Shown: piece after piece, positions 17,551 to 27,475 of the stretch | Numbering within the stretch: the first letter of the stretch is position 1 | Layout of the letters: each line of letters begins with the position of its first letter | Assembly (NCBI GenBank): GCA_018715045.1 | Contig: DVMH01000022.1 | Location: 10,291-74,290 of the forward strand | Source of the DNA: Candidatus Avidehalobacter gallistercoris | GTDB lineage: Bacteria; Bacillota; Dehalobacteriia; UBA4068; UBA4997 | DNA length: 64,000 bases | Direction of reading: 5' to 3' | The notes under the pieces: generated by a model | Seen by the model: only the letters and a program-made list of their open reading frames with translations | The model's database searches: none | What the model was told of the DNA's origin: nothing | Made by a program: the position numbers and the translations under genes

Positions 17551-18495
17551 ATGACGGATTCTGAAGCCAAAATTTATGATGCTGCAACAGTGAAAAAGCT
17601 GGCGTTGCATGTTTCCGTCGTGAGCTTGGCGGTCAATATTGTGCTGTCGCTTGGGAAACTGGCGGCAGGCATTATCGCTTCCTCAGGCGCGATGATTTCT
17701 GATGCGGTACATTCGGCTTCCGATGTGTTCAGCACGCTGATGGTGATGTTTGGAGTTAGTATGTCAGCCAAGGAGGAGGACGCCGACCATCCTTACGGTC
17801 ATGAGCGCATGGAGTGCGTAACAGCGTTGCTGCTGGCGCTGCTGTTGTTTGCCACCGGTCTGGGCATTGGTATCAGCGGCGTCAAAAATATCTCTCTGGC
17901 GCTGGCGGGCGAGCTGGCCGCGCCGGGTGTGCTGGCGTTGGCGGCGGCAGTGATTTCTATCGCCGTCAAGGAATGGATGTTTCACTATACCAAACGAACG
18001 GCAAAGCGTACTAATTCCGGTGCGCTGATGGCTGACGCCTGGCATCATCGCTCCGATGCGCTTTCGTCTATTGGCAGCTTTGCAGGCGTACTGGGGGCGC
18101 GTTTGGGCTGGCCGGTGCTTGATCCGGTGGCGGCGCTCGTGATATGTCTGTTCATTCTGAAAGTGGCGTATGACATTGCCATGGATGCTTTTGACAAGAT
18201 GGTTGACCATGCCTGCTCGCCTGAGATGGTGGATCAGATCCGAGAGTTGATTTTTGCTACTGATGGCGTGGAAACGCTGGACGATTTGAAAACGCGGCGT
18301 TTTGGCAATAAAAGCTACGTGGATATTGAAATCGGCGTCGACCCAACACTTTCAGTGGTGGCGGCGCACGATATTGCCGAAGCTCTGCATCAACGCATAG
18401 AGCAGGAGCTGCCGGAGGTGAAGCACTGCATGGTGCATATCAATCCGAATCTGGCTGGGCATAGTGAGGGGTGCGACGCTAAACAAGAGGTGTGA
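17551..18495 (+). CDS. Cation diffusion facilitator (CDF) family metal efflux transporter
   Basis: Six TM helices; signature SDAVHSASDV...HPYGHERME; C-terminal cytoplasmic domain. Confidence 0.85.
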   Translation: MTDSEAKIYDAATVKKLALHVSVVSLAVNIVLSLGKLAAGIIASSGAMISDAVHSASDVFSTLMVMFGVSMSAKEEDADHPYGHERMECVTALLLALLLFATGLGIGISGVKNISLALAGELAAPGVLALAAAVISIAVKEWMFHYTKRTAKRTNSGALMADAWHHRSDALSSIGSFAGVLGARLGWPVLDPVAALVICLFILKVAYDIAMDAFDKMVDHACSPEMVDQIRELIFATDGVETLDDLKTRRFGNKSYVDIEIGVDPTLSVVAAHDIAEALHQRIEQELPEVKHCMVHINPNLAGHSEGCDAKQEV

Positions 18496-18498
18496 TAA

Positions 18499-19410
18499 AT
18501 GAAAACTTTGATTACGCGCAGTTTAAAACTGACCCCGCAGGAGCAGACCTATCTGACCGGTCTGGGGCTGGAGATAACCTTTCATGCGGACGAAGCCGCC
18601 CAGGTTTCTGAACCGGAGCAGTATGAGGCCGTGATAGCCTACGATTTGTTCCGCGCCAATCCGCTGGAAAAGTTTGTCAATCTGAAATATTTGCAGATAA
18701 CCTCGGCGGGGCTGGATCATTTGCCTTTGGCGGAGATAAATCGCCGCGGTATCGTGCTGAAGAATGCACGCGGCGTATATAGCGTGCCAATTGCTGAGTT
18801 TGCCTTGTGCAGCGTTTTGCAGCTTTACAAAAAATCTCGTCAGTTTGCAGCGGCGCAGGCTGCTCATCGTTGGCATCGGCTGCGCGGTATACAGGAGATT
18901 GCAGGAAAAACTGTCTGTGTGGTAGGCGTGGGCAGTATTGGCAACGAGATTGCCAAACGTTTTGCCGCTTTTGACGCCGAGGTTACCGGCGTGGACATTG
19001 CGCGGGTGAAATCGCCGTATTTTGCTGAAGTGATGCTGGCGGACAGGCTGGAGGAGGCGTTGAGCCAGGCGGATATTGTAGTGCTGACGCTGCCGTTGAT
19101 GCCGAGCACCCGGCATATGTTTGATGCGGAGCGCCTCTCTGCTATTAAGCCGGGCGCGGTGTTTGTTAATGTGGCGCGTGGTTCGCTGGTGGATGAGGCG
19201 GCGCTGGTGGACGCGCTGCAAAGTGGGCGGCTTGCGGGGGCGGTGCTGGATGTTTTTGAGCAGGAGCCGCTGCCGGAGGATAATCCGCTCTGGGATATGC
19301 CAAACGTTATTGTTACGCCGCACAATTCATTCCTTGCCGAGAGCAACAGCCAAGCCATGTTTCGCGTGGTTTCAGCGAATCTCAGAGCATATATGGCCGG
19401 ACAAAATTGA
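18499..19410 (+). CDS. D-isomer-specific 2-hydroxyacid dehydrogenase family protein (NAD-binding)
   Basis: Rossmann GxGxxG motif (VCVVGVGSIGNEIAKRF), a catalytic R-x-E/D-x-H-like arrangement and VARGSLVDE. Confidence 0.8.
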   Translation: MKTLITRSLKLTPQEQTYLTGLGLEITFHADEAAQVSEPEQYEAVIAYDLFRANPLEKFVNLKYLQITSAGLDHLPLAEINRRGIVLKNARGVYSVPIAEFALCSVLQLYKKSRQFAAAQAAHRWHRLRGIQEIAGKTVCVVGVGSIGNEIAKRFAAFDAEVTGVDIARVKSPYFAEVMLADRLEEALSQADIVVLTLPLMPSTRHMFDAERLSAIKPGAVFVNVARGSLVDEAALVDALQSGRLAGAVLDVFEQEPLPEDNPLWDMPNVIVTPHNSFLAESNSQAMFRVVSANLRAYMAGQN

Positions 19411-19462
19411 AAAAATGCTGAAAAAATAGCGCCGCAGGAGTAGCTCCTGCGGCGTGTTGCTT

Positions 19463-20488
19463 TTATAAATATTGGCGTAATGCCGCTATATCTTCCGGTG
19501 TGGTTGACCAACAGGTTGCCAGCCGTACTGCCGAGTGATTATCATCTACTTTTTCCCAGAACGAGACAGCAACGTGCTGCTGTAATTCGGCCAGCTTAGC
19601 ATTTTCCAATATGATAAACTGCTGGTTGGTGGGGGAGTTCAGCAGGAAGCGGCAGCCCGCTTCGCACAGGGCTTGCTTCAGTTGCTCAGCCATCGCAATA
19701 GCGTGGCGTCCGATTTCCAAATATAGCCCGTCAGTGAATAGCGCATCGAATTGCACGCCCAGCAGCCGTCCCTTGGCCAACATAGCTCCATGCTGTTTAG
19801 TCATGGTGATGAACCCCGGCGGCGTAAACTCTGGCTTGAAGACAACCGCTTCGCCGCAAAGTGCCCCTGCTTTGGTACCGCCGATGTAAAAGGCATCACA
19901 GAGTGTGGCAATATCTGTGAGTGTCACGTCGGCATCGTAGCTGGCAAGCGCGTAGGCCAGACGCGCCCCGTCCATAAACAGCGGTATTTTATAGCGGCGG
20001 CAGATTTCGGCAAGAGCTGTTAACTCCGCCTTGCTGTACAGTGTGCCATATTCCGTGGGGTGGGATATGTAGACCAGACCTGGATAGACCATATGATCAT
20101 GATTGGCGTCGGCGTAGAAATCTTCCAGATAGGCGTATAGCTCAGCTGGGGCGATTTTGCCCTGATGGTGCGGCAGCGGCAGCACTTTGTGGCCGGTATA
20201 TTCCACCGCTCCTGCTTCATGAGCGTTGATGTGCCCGGTGATCGCGGCCACTGCGCCCTGATAAGGCGCCAGCATGGTGGCGATAATGACGGCGTTGGCC
20301 TGCGTGCCGCCGGACAGGAAGAAAACGTCTAACCGGTTATTGCCGCAGGCGGCGCGAATCTTATCTGCCGCCGCGGCGCAGTATTTATCCGTACCATAGC
20401 CGGGCAGCACTTCAGTATTGCTCTCCAGCAGGCGTTGCAAAACCTTGGGATGTGCGCCTGTTATATAATCGCTGGCAAAAGAAATCAT
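19463..20488 (-). CDS. Threonine aldolase family protein (low-specificity L-threonine aldolase, PLP-dependent)
   Basis: MISFASDY...GAHP..., SGGTQANAVIIA and GGTKAGAL match LtaE/beta-eliminating lyase. Confidence 0.8.
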   Translation of the reverse strand: MISFASDYITGAHPKVLQRLLESNTEVLPGYGTDKYCAAAADKIRAACGNNRLDVFFLSGGTQANAVIIATMLAPYQGAVAAITGHINAHEAGAVEYTGHKVLPLPHHQGKIAPAELYAYLEDFYADANHDHMVYPGLVYISHPTEYGTLYSKAELTALAEICRRYKIPLFMDGARLAYALASYDADVTLTDIATLCDAFYIGGTKAGALCGEAVVFKPEFTPPGFITMTKQHGAMLAKGRLLGVQFDALFTDGLYLEIGRHAIAMAEQLKQALCEAGCRFLLNSPTNQQFIILENAKLAELQQHVAVSFWEKVDDNHSAVRLATCWSTTPEDIAALRQYL

Positions 20489-20726
20489 ATTTTTTCCTCC
20501 TTTATAGATAAAGCTGGCTTAGAAATGCAATAGCACACCATTTGCATTTTTATAATACTTTTGTAATCGCGGCATAGATTTTAAACAGCTTGCTCGCTAA
20601 AAGCCTTCTTCCTGGAATTTGGCGCGCTTTGCGCTCTCTGACTGAGGGTGTAATATCGCAGCTTTGGCTTGTAACACAAGAGCTGGCAAAAAATCGCAAA
20701 TTTTGATTCTCGATTATTTTTGATAT

Positions 20727-20759
20727 AAAAAAAGAGCTTCCATTTGGAAGCTCTTTTTG
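20727..20759. terminator. Bidirectional intrinsic terminator (perfect 9-bp palindrome AGAGCTTCC/GGAAGCTCT flanked by A- and T-runs) directly 3' of tRNA-Leu
   Basis: AAAAAAGAGCTTCCATTTGGAAGCTCTTTTT, read from the sequence. Confidence 0.55.
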
Positions 20760-20847
20760 TGGTGCGGATGAAGGGACTTGAACCCCCACGAAGTCAACCC
20801 TCACTAGAACCTGAATCTAGCGCGTCTGCCAATTCCGCCACATCCGC
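20760..20847 (-). tRNA. tRNA-Leu (anticodon CAG), type II with long variable arm, encoded CCA
   Basis: Reverse complement GCGGATGTGGCGGAATTGGCAGACGCGCTAGATTCAGGTTCTAGTGAGGGTTGACTTCGTGGGGGTTCAAGTCCCTTCATCCGCACCA. 7-bp acceptor stem, anticodon loop TTCAGGT, TΨC arm GGTTCAAGTCC. Confidence 0.9.
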
Positions 20848-20993
20848 AGGTACTTATATATAATAGCACGAAATCAGTCGCTCGTCAAGCATTTCAGCTG
20901 ATAATTTTTGTGTGAATTTACGAAAAAAATTATAGGTGGGCGCAAAAAAACGGGCGCAGATTTTTTGCTGCTCTGCGCCCGCCTGTCATGCAA

Positions 20994-22103
20994 TTAATAA
21001 ACCGTCACAATATAAAGCGCATCCTGCGTGTCGTTTCCGGCCACGTAAAGCAGCGTCTTATTGTCAGTGCTCCAGCAGACATCCTTGACGTTTTGATCGG
21101 ATATCTGATATATACGCTGCTCCAGCGGATAGCCTAAAAACAAATTGCCCTCATTGTTGGTGAACAGCAGTTTAGAGGAATCCGGCGACCAAGCAAGGAT
21201 ATTGCCACCGCTCTCGGAGGTCAGCTGGAAAACATCGCCGTCCAACAGGGATATCCACACGCCGTCAGTGCTGTTCTGCGCCAACATTGTGCTATCAGGT
21301 GACGTTACCAGCGTGGTGCTGTCCACCGGGGCGGTTGTCGAGGTCAGAAGCTGCGTCACGCCGGGCAGATCGCTTTTTGCGGCCTGCACCGAAGCCTGCG
21401 GCTCGCCGGCGTTTGCCAAATCAACTCGCCAGGAATAGGCATTCACGTTGTCCGCTGTGTAGAAAACGGCGTTTTTATCGGCAAAGCCGGGCTGATAAAT
21501 ATGGCTGTTTTCTACTTCCGCCACCAGGCGGGTAGCCAAAGAATCTTTCATTTCTATGCCGTAAGCTGTGCGAGGCAGGATCAGCTCGCCGTCCTGCACC
21601 TCTGCCGGCGGTTCCTGGTCAGATACAGGCGTTGGTTCTGTCTGTTCCGGCGTGGTCATGATGTCCGCAGCAGGTGTCTGCATTACTGGCGCATCAGATG
21701 TGTTCGTTGTATCAGGTTCTCTCGATGCGGTAGTTTCCGGCGTTTGAACCGACTGTTCAGCCTTGTCTGGCTCCGGTGCGGTGAATAATGGCTGCTCTGC
21801 AATTTGCAGCGGCTTGGCAGCAGGAACCGCCGGCTGGTCGGCTGAGGGAGCTGCCACAGCTACGAACAGCAGCAGGGCGGCTGCACATGAGGCTGCGCCC
21901 AGCGCGAAGCGGCGGAACGGGAAGCGTATCACCTTGGGAGAAGCTTGTGCTGGCTGTTCTGTGGCGATTGCATTCATCACACGGCTGGAAAAATCGCAAG
22001 GAGGTTCAACGGGCTTTAAGCTGGCCTTAAGCAATTCTTCAAAAGCGTCGTCGGATAGCGCCTGGTTTAATCGGTCGTCAAGCTTTTTGGCCATGCCCTT
22101 CAT
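20994..22103 (-). CDS. Anti-sigma factor: N-terminal cytoplasmic domain, one TM segment, extracytoplasmic Pro/Thr-rich linker and C-terminal beta-propeller-like domain
   Basis: Lies directly downstream of, and co-oriented with, the ECF sigma gene. TM segment FALGAASCAAALLLFVAVAA. C-terminal TolB/WD40-like repeats (NILAWSPDSSKLLFTNNEGNLFLGY). Confidence 0.6.
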   Translation of the reverse strand: MKGMAKKLDDRLNQALSDDAFEELLKASLKPVEPPCDFSSRVMNAIATEQPAQASPKVIRFPFRRFALGAASCAAALLLFVAVAAPSADQPAVPAAKPLQIAEQPLFTAPEPDKAEQSVQTPETTASREPDTTNTSDAPVMQTPAADIMTTPEQTEPTPVSDQEPPAEVQDGELILPRTAYGIEMKDSLATRLVAEVENSHIYQPGFADKNAVFYTADNVNAYSWRVDLANAGEPQASVQAAKSDLPGVTQLLTSTTAPVDSTTLVTSPDSTMLAQNSTDGVWISLLDGDVFQLTSESGGNILAWSPDSSKLLFTNNEGNLFLGYPLEQRIYQISDQNVKDVCWSTDNKTLLYVAGNDTQDALYIVTVY

Positions 22104-22162
22104 CTCCTTTCATTTTTGTGTTCATATTGACAATGTTAAGTGGAAAGTCAGGAAAGCTTTGG

Positions 22163-22723
22163 TCAGCGCAGCAAGTCTTTCAGGCGTTGCTGTAATTGCT
22201 TCTTGCCGCGAAACAGTCGCGTTTCCACTGTGGAAATAGGCAAGTTCAGCACGTCGGCAATCTGCTGGTAAGACATATCCTCGATATAGCGCAGATAAAT
22301 TACGTCACGGTAATTATCTGGCAAACCGGCGATGGCCTGATCGATACTCTGACGGATCTCTCTGTTCAGGTAATCCTGCTCTGGCTCGCTTGCCCCGGTT
22401 TTGACCTCGTCGCCGAAATATTCCTCCGCCCTTTCCACCGGAATGACGTTGGCGGGCTTCTTGGCGAGCGCGTTCAGGCAGGTGTTCTGCGCCACGCGAT
22501 ACATCCAGGAGAAAAATTTTTTGCCCGGGTCATATCGTCTCAGCTGACTGTAAATCCTTAAAAAGGCCTCCTGCGCCAGATCAGCGGCCTCGTCATAATC
22601 GCCGATCAGGCGGTAAGCCATGCTGAAGATCTGCTTTTCATAACGCTTCACCAATTCGGCAAAAGCATCTTTATTACCCTGCTGAGCCAGCCGGGCCAAA
22701 TCTTCATCAAGGAGGTTATTCAT
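22163..22723 (-). CDS. ECF-type RNA polymerase sigma-70 family factor
   Basis: Region 2 (DEAADLAQEAFLRIYSQLRRYDP...FFSWMYRVAQN) and region 4 (YRDVIYLRYIEDMSYQQIADVLNLPISTVETRLFRGKKQL). Confidence 0.9.
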   Translation of the reverse strand: MNNLLDEDLARLAQQGNKDAFAELVKRYEKQIFSMAYRLIGDYDEAADLAQEAFLRIYSQLRRYDPGKKFFSWMYRVAQNTCLNALAKKPANVIPVERAEEYFGDEVKTGASEPEQDYLNREIRQSIDQAIAGLPDNYRDVIYLRYIEDMSYQQIADVLNLPISTVETRLFRGKKQLQQRLKDLLR

Positions 22724-23031
22724 CTATTCTTCCTCCTACGCTATAATTACAGGCAGACCAGCCAAAAACTTGCAGGACGGTGGCAAAAAATTCTACCTGC
22801 ACAACTATTCTATCTCTTGTTAATTTATTATTGTACCATATTCATGTGTAATATGTCACTAGGTTGGAGCAAAAAATAATTAAGCAATGCGCGAAATACC
22901 GTTTCTTCCGTTTGTTAAAGATATGTAAAAAGCGTTGTGAGTGGGCGTCGTTTATGCTATACTATACATTAGAAAAATTATAAGCAGTTATACCCTGCTG
23001 GGGCAGATTTCTGACACGGGGGTGAGACACT

Positions 23032-24951
23032 GTGCAGGCATACCGATTGTTGGACGAGAAGGCCGCTTATCTTTATAACAGGGGCGAATACTTTCACGCC
23101 TATCATTCTTTGGGTGCGCATCCGCAAGAGATTGATGGGGTTCGGGGTACTGGTTTTGTCGTGTTTGCACCAAAGGCTTCTGCGGTAAATGTGGTTGGCG
23201 ATTTTAACGTATGGTGCGGCGAGGGTTTTGCCATGCAGCCGCTGGAGGGCGGCTTTTGGCAGCTTTTTGTGCCGGGCGTTGCTCCGGGCGCGTTATATAA
23301 ATACTGTATAACTACGCAGGACGGGAGAGTGCTTTATAAGGCCGACCCTTTTGCTTTTGCTTCTGAGAAAAGGCCTGGTACTGCCAGCCGGGTGGCGGAT
23401 ATTTCCGAATTCCGCTGGCATGATGCGAAGTGGCTTGCGGCACGGCGTAAGCATTCGCATTTTGAGCGACCGATGAATATTTATGAAATGCATCTGGGCA
23501 GCTGGCGGCGGCATGATGCAACGACGGATAACCCGGAGGGTTTTTGGGATTATACCGAATTGGCCGAACAGCTGCCGCCATATCTTAAGAAAATGGGCTA
23601 TACCTATGTGGAATTTATGCCGCTGATGGAGCATCCGCTGGACGATTCCTGGGGCTATCAGATTACCGGCTATTTTGCGCCTACCAGTCGCTTTGGTGAG
23701 CCGCAGGGTTTAATGCACCTGATCGACGCGCTGCACCAGGCTGGTATCGGCGTAATATTGGACTGGGTTCCGGGACATTTCTGCCGCGACGAGCAGGGGC
23801 TGGCGGAATTTGACGGCACGCCGCTTTATGAGGCGGAGGATCATGCTGTTTGGGGAACGTATAAATTCAATTTTACCAAATCTGAAGTGCAGAGTTTTCT
23901 GATCAGCAACGCATTTTTCTGGCTCGAGCAATATCATGCCGACGGTATTCGGGTGGACGGCGTGACCAGTATGTTATATCTGAACTTTGGCGTGGATAAT
24001 CCGGCTAAGAAGCGTTATAATCCTGACGGCAGCGAGGAATGTTACCCTGCTTCGGCGTTTATTCGCAAATTGAACCAAACGGTGAGTTCCTATTTCCCTG
24101 ATGTATTTATGGTGGCGGAGGAAAGCACCGCCTGGCCGTTGGTTACCTATCCTCCCTCGGCGGGAGGGCTGGGCTTCCATTATAAATGGGATATGGGCTG
24201 GATGAACGATACCCTGCGCTATATGAGTATCGATTTCCCCGGGCGGCCATACAACCACCGGCTGCTGACGTTCTCAATGATGTACGCGTTCAATGAGAAT
24301 TTTATCCTGCCGCTTTCGCATGACGAGGTGGTGCATGGCAAATGTTCGCTGATCGGGCGAATGCCAGGCGATTATTGGCGGCAGTTTGCGGGTCTGCGTT
24401 TGCTTTATATGTATCAGCTGACGCACAGCGGGGCAAAACTTAATTTTATGGGCAGTGAGATAGGCCAGTTTATCGAATGGCGTTTTGCCGAGCAGTTGGA
24501 ATGGTTTCTGCTGGATTATCCGGCGCATTTGGCGCACCAGCGGTTTGTGGCGGCGGCCAATCAGATTTATTTGAAAGAAAGGGCATTATGGCAGCAAAAC
24601 TATGCCTGGGAGGGTTTTGTATGGGAAGAGGCGGACAACGAGCAGCAGGGCGTGCTGATCTTTCGGCGGCAGGGCAGGAGAGCGCGCGATTTTCTGCTGG
24701 TAATATTGAATTTTCAGCCGCAAACATATTACGATTACTCTGTGGGTGTGCCGCACGGCGGCAGGTATAGCGAGATATTAAACAGCGACGCGGCGGATTT
24801 TGGCGGCAGCGGCAAAATCAACCCGCAGGAGATTCGCGCGGTCAAACTGCCTAAATTATGCGGCGAAGCGCAGCTTATGCATGGGCAGCCCTACGCGATA
24901 AAACTGACGGTTCCTCCACTGGGCGGGGTTATAATTAAGCCTCATTCCTAG
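23032..24951 (+). CDS. glgB: 1,4-alpha-glucan branching enzyme
   Basis: 639 aa; GH13 branching-enzyme motifs (GYTYVEFMPLMEHP...SWGYQ, DWVPGHF, HYKWDMGWM). GTG start. Confidence 0.9.
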   Translation: MQAYRLLDEKAAYLYNRGEYFHAYHSLGAHPQEIDGVRGTGFVVFAPKASAVNVVGDFNVWCGEGFAMQPLEGGFWQLFVPGVAPGALYKYCITTQDGRVLYKADPFAFASEKRPGTASRVADISEFRWHDAKWLAARRKHSHFERPMNIYEMHLGSWRRHDATTDNPEGFWDYTELAEQLPPYLKKMGYTYVEFMPLMEHPLDDSWGYQITGYFAPTSRFGEPQGLMHLIDALHQAGIGVILDWVPGHFCRDEQGLAEFDGTPLYEAEDHAVWGTYKFNFTKSEVQSFLISNAFFWLEQYHADGIRVDGVTSMLYLNFGVDNPAKKRYNPDGSEECYPASAFIRKLNQTVSSYFPDVFMVAEESTAWPLVTYPPSAGGLGFHYKWDMGWMNDTLRYMSIDFPGRPYNHRLLTFSMMYAFNENFILPLSHDEVVHGKCSLIGRMPGDYWRQFAGLRLLYMYQLTHSGAKLNFMGSEIGQFIEWRFAEQLEWFLLDYPAHLAHQRFVAAANQIYLKERALWQQNYAWEGFVWEEADNEQQGVLIFRRQGRRARDFLLVILNFQPQTYYDYSVGVPHGGRYSEILNSDAADFGGSGKINPQEIRAVKLPKLCGEAQLMHGQPYAIKLTVPPLGGVIIKPHS

Positions 24952-24989
24952 TATACATAAACAATGCTTTTAAGGAGGCTGTAAAATAG

Positions 24990-27431
24990 ATGACAGAAAC
25001 GATGGGTACGAGGATATTCCAGGACAAAGCCGAGTTCGTGCGGGAATATAAAAACGAATTTCTGCGCTCAGTGGCCGAACCTTTTGAAACCTGCGACAAG
25101 CAGGGAAAATATGCGGCGCTGGTGCGGCTGATTGCAGGCAAAGCGGCAATCCTTTCGTCAGAGACGCAGCAGCGGCATCAGGACAATTCTGCCAAGCAGG
25201 TCTATTATTTTTCAATGGAGTTTCTGATTGGGCGGCTGCTTCAAAATTACCTTTTGAATCTGGGCGTTACAGACATTGTGCGGGAGGGGCTGGCGGAGCT
25301 TGGCGAGGATTTGGACGAGCTTTGCGCCTGTGAGCGTGATCCCGGTCTCGGCAACGGTGGCCTGGGGCGTTTGGCAGCCTGTTTTTTGGACTCTTTGGCC
25401 TGTTTAGGCCTGGCGGGATATGGCATGGGTATCCGCTATCGTTACGGCCTGTTTCGCCAGCGTATTGTGGACGGCGCCCAGCATGAGGAGCCGGACGACT
25501 GGCTGGCCTATGGCTTCCCGTGGGAGCTTTGCAAGCAGGAGGATGCGGTGGAGGTGCGCTTCGGCGGCGAGGTGCAGCGGCAGTATCATGACGGGCGGCT
25601 GTTCTTTCGCCATCATGGCTATAAGGCGGTGCGCGCCGTGCCGTATGACGTGCCGATAGTCGGCTTCGGCAATAGTACGGTGAATAAACTCCGCTTATGG
25701 TCGGCGCAGCCAGTGCAGGAAAAACTTGATCTGGCGGCTTTTAATCGGGGTGATTACAGTGCCGCTATGCGCGACCGCAATGACGTAAAGGCCATCACCT
25801 GCATTTTATACCCTGATGACAGTACCGATGCCGGCAAAGTTCTGCGGCTGAAGCAGGAATACTTTTTCACTTCGGCGGGCTTGCAGTCGATTTTGAATCA
25901 GTATAAGGAACGGTTCGGTAGTGCGGCGTGGGATGAATTCCCGCAGCGGGTGGCGGTGCATATTAATGACACGCACCCTGCTCTGGCCGTGCCAGAGCTG
26001 ATGCGTCTGCTGGTTGATGAAGAGAACGTTGGCTGGGACGAGGCATGGCGCATAACTACCAGCACTATCTCCTACACCAATCACACGGTGCTTCCTGAGG
26101 CGCTGGAGAAATGGGCGATTGATCTGGTGCGGACGCTGCTGCCCCGTGTGTATATGATAATTGAAGAAATTGACCGCCGCTACCGTGAGAGCTTCGCGGG
26201 AGCGGATGCGGGCTGGCAGGAGCGTCTGAAAGCCACCGCTGTGCTTTGGGATGGTCAGGTTCGTATGGCGAATTTATCCGTTATTGGCAGTCATGCCGTT
26301 AACGGTGTTGCCGAATTGCACACCGAGATATTAAAGCATGACGTTTTGCGAGATTTTTATCAATTGACGCCGGAAAAGTTCCAGAATAAGACTAACGGAG
26401 TCAGTCATCGCCGCTTTTTATTGGCGGCTAATCCTGGTCTTTCCCGCCTGATTGACGAGGCTATCGGCGATGACTGGCAGAAAGACGCGGATGAGCTGGA
26501 AAAACTGCTGCCCTATGCGGCTGACGCCAAATTTCAGGCGGATTTTGCCGCTGTAAAGCGGCAGAACAAGCAGCGTCTGGCCGAATATGTGCGAAGAAGC
26601 AGCGGCGTGCTGCTTGATCCGGATGCAGTTTTTGATGTGCAGGTAAAGCGTATCCATGCCTATAAGCGGCAGCTGTTGAATGTGTTTAAGATTATGCATC
26701 TGTATAACCTGTTGAAGTCTGGCGAGGCGGCCGATTTGCCGCCAACCTGTTTCATTTTTGCCGGCAAGGCGGCGCAGGGTTATGCGTTTGCCAAAGAGGT
26801 TATCAGGCTGATTTGCAGCGTGGCCAGCCTGGTGAACAGCGACCCCATCTGCCGCGGACATTTGCAGGTGGCGTTTATTGAGAATTTTAACGTCAGCACG
26901 GGCGAGATTATCTATCCGGCTGCCGACATCAGCGAACAGATATCCACTGCCGGCAAGGAGGCCAGCGGCACTGGCAACATGAAGTTTATGTTTAACGGCG
27001 CGGTGACGCTGGGAACTTTGGACGGCGCTAATATTGAGATTCTGGAGCGTGTGGGTCGCGATAACATCTGCATTTTTGGCCTGACAGCAGAGCAGGTCAT
27101 GGATTATTATCTCTCCGGCGGTTATCTGGCTTTTGACGAATGTAAGAACGACGCACGACTGAAAAGACTGACTGAGCAGCTGGTTGACGGTACGTTTGCT
27201 GCGGCTGGCGGCGATTTCTGGGGGATTTATGACCCGTTGCTGCGGAATAATGACGAATACTTTGTGCTTAAGGATTTCGGCGCGTATCTGGCGGCCTGGC
27301 AGCAGGTGGCTGGCTGGTATCAGCAGCCGGATCTTTGGCGGCAGATGGCCGTGACTAACGTTGCAAAAGCGGGTTATTTCAGTAGTGATCGCACTATCCG
27401 GGAATACGCGCAGGATATCTGGCATCTGTAA
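24990..27431 (+). CDS. glgP: Glycogen/alpha-glucan phosphorylase
   Basis: 813 aa; YFSMEFLIGR, the PLP-lysine region EISTAGKEASGTGNMKFMFNGA and TSISYTNHTVLPEALE. Confidence 0.92.
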   Translation: MTETMGTRIFQDKAEFVREYKNEFLRSVAEPFETCDKQGKYAALVRLIAGKAAILSSETQQRHQDNSAKQVYYFSMEFLIGRLLQNYLLNLGVTDIVREGLAELGEDLDELCACERDPGLGNGGLGRLAACFLDSLACLGLAGYGMGIRYRYGLFRQRIVDGAQHEEPDDWLAYGFPWELCKQEDAVEVRFGGEVQRQYHDGRLFFRHHGYKAVRAVPYDVPIVGFGNSTVNKLRLWSAQPVQEKLDLAAFNRGDYSAAMRDRNDVKAITCILYPDDSTDAGKVLRLKQEYFFTSAGLQSILNQYKERFGSAAWDEFPQRVAVHINDTHPALAVPELMRLLVDEENVGWDEAWRITTSTISYTNHTVLPEALEKWAIDLVRTLLPRVYMIIEEIDRRYRESFAGADAGWQERLKATAVLWDGQVRMANLSVIGSHAVNGVAELHTEILKHDVLRDFYQLTPEKFQNKTNGVSHRRFLLAANPGLSRLIDEAIGDDWQKDADELEKLLPYAADAKFQADFAAVKRQNKQRLAEYVRRSSGVLLDPDAVFDVQVKRIHAYKRQLLNVFKIMHLYNLLKSGEAADLPPTCFIFAGKAAQGYAFAKEVIRLICSVASLVNSDPICRGHLQVAFIENFNVSTGEIIYPAADISEQISTAGKEASGTGNMKFMFNGAVTLGTLDGANIEILERVGRDNICIFGLTAEQVMDYYLSGGYLAFDECKNDARLKRLTEQLVDGTFAAAGGDFWGIYDPLLRNNDEYFVLKDFGAYLAAWQQVAGWYQQPDLWRQMAVTNVAKAGYFSSDRTIREYAQDIWHL

Positions 27432-27475
27432 ACGTAAGTATTGTTGAGAGTTTTGAGTGAGGGAGGTTTTCTTTG

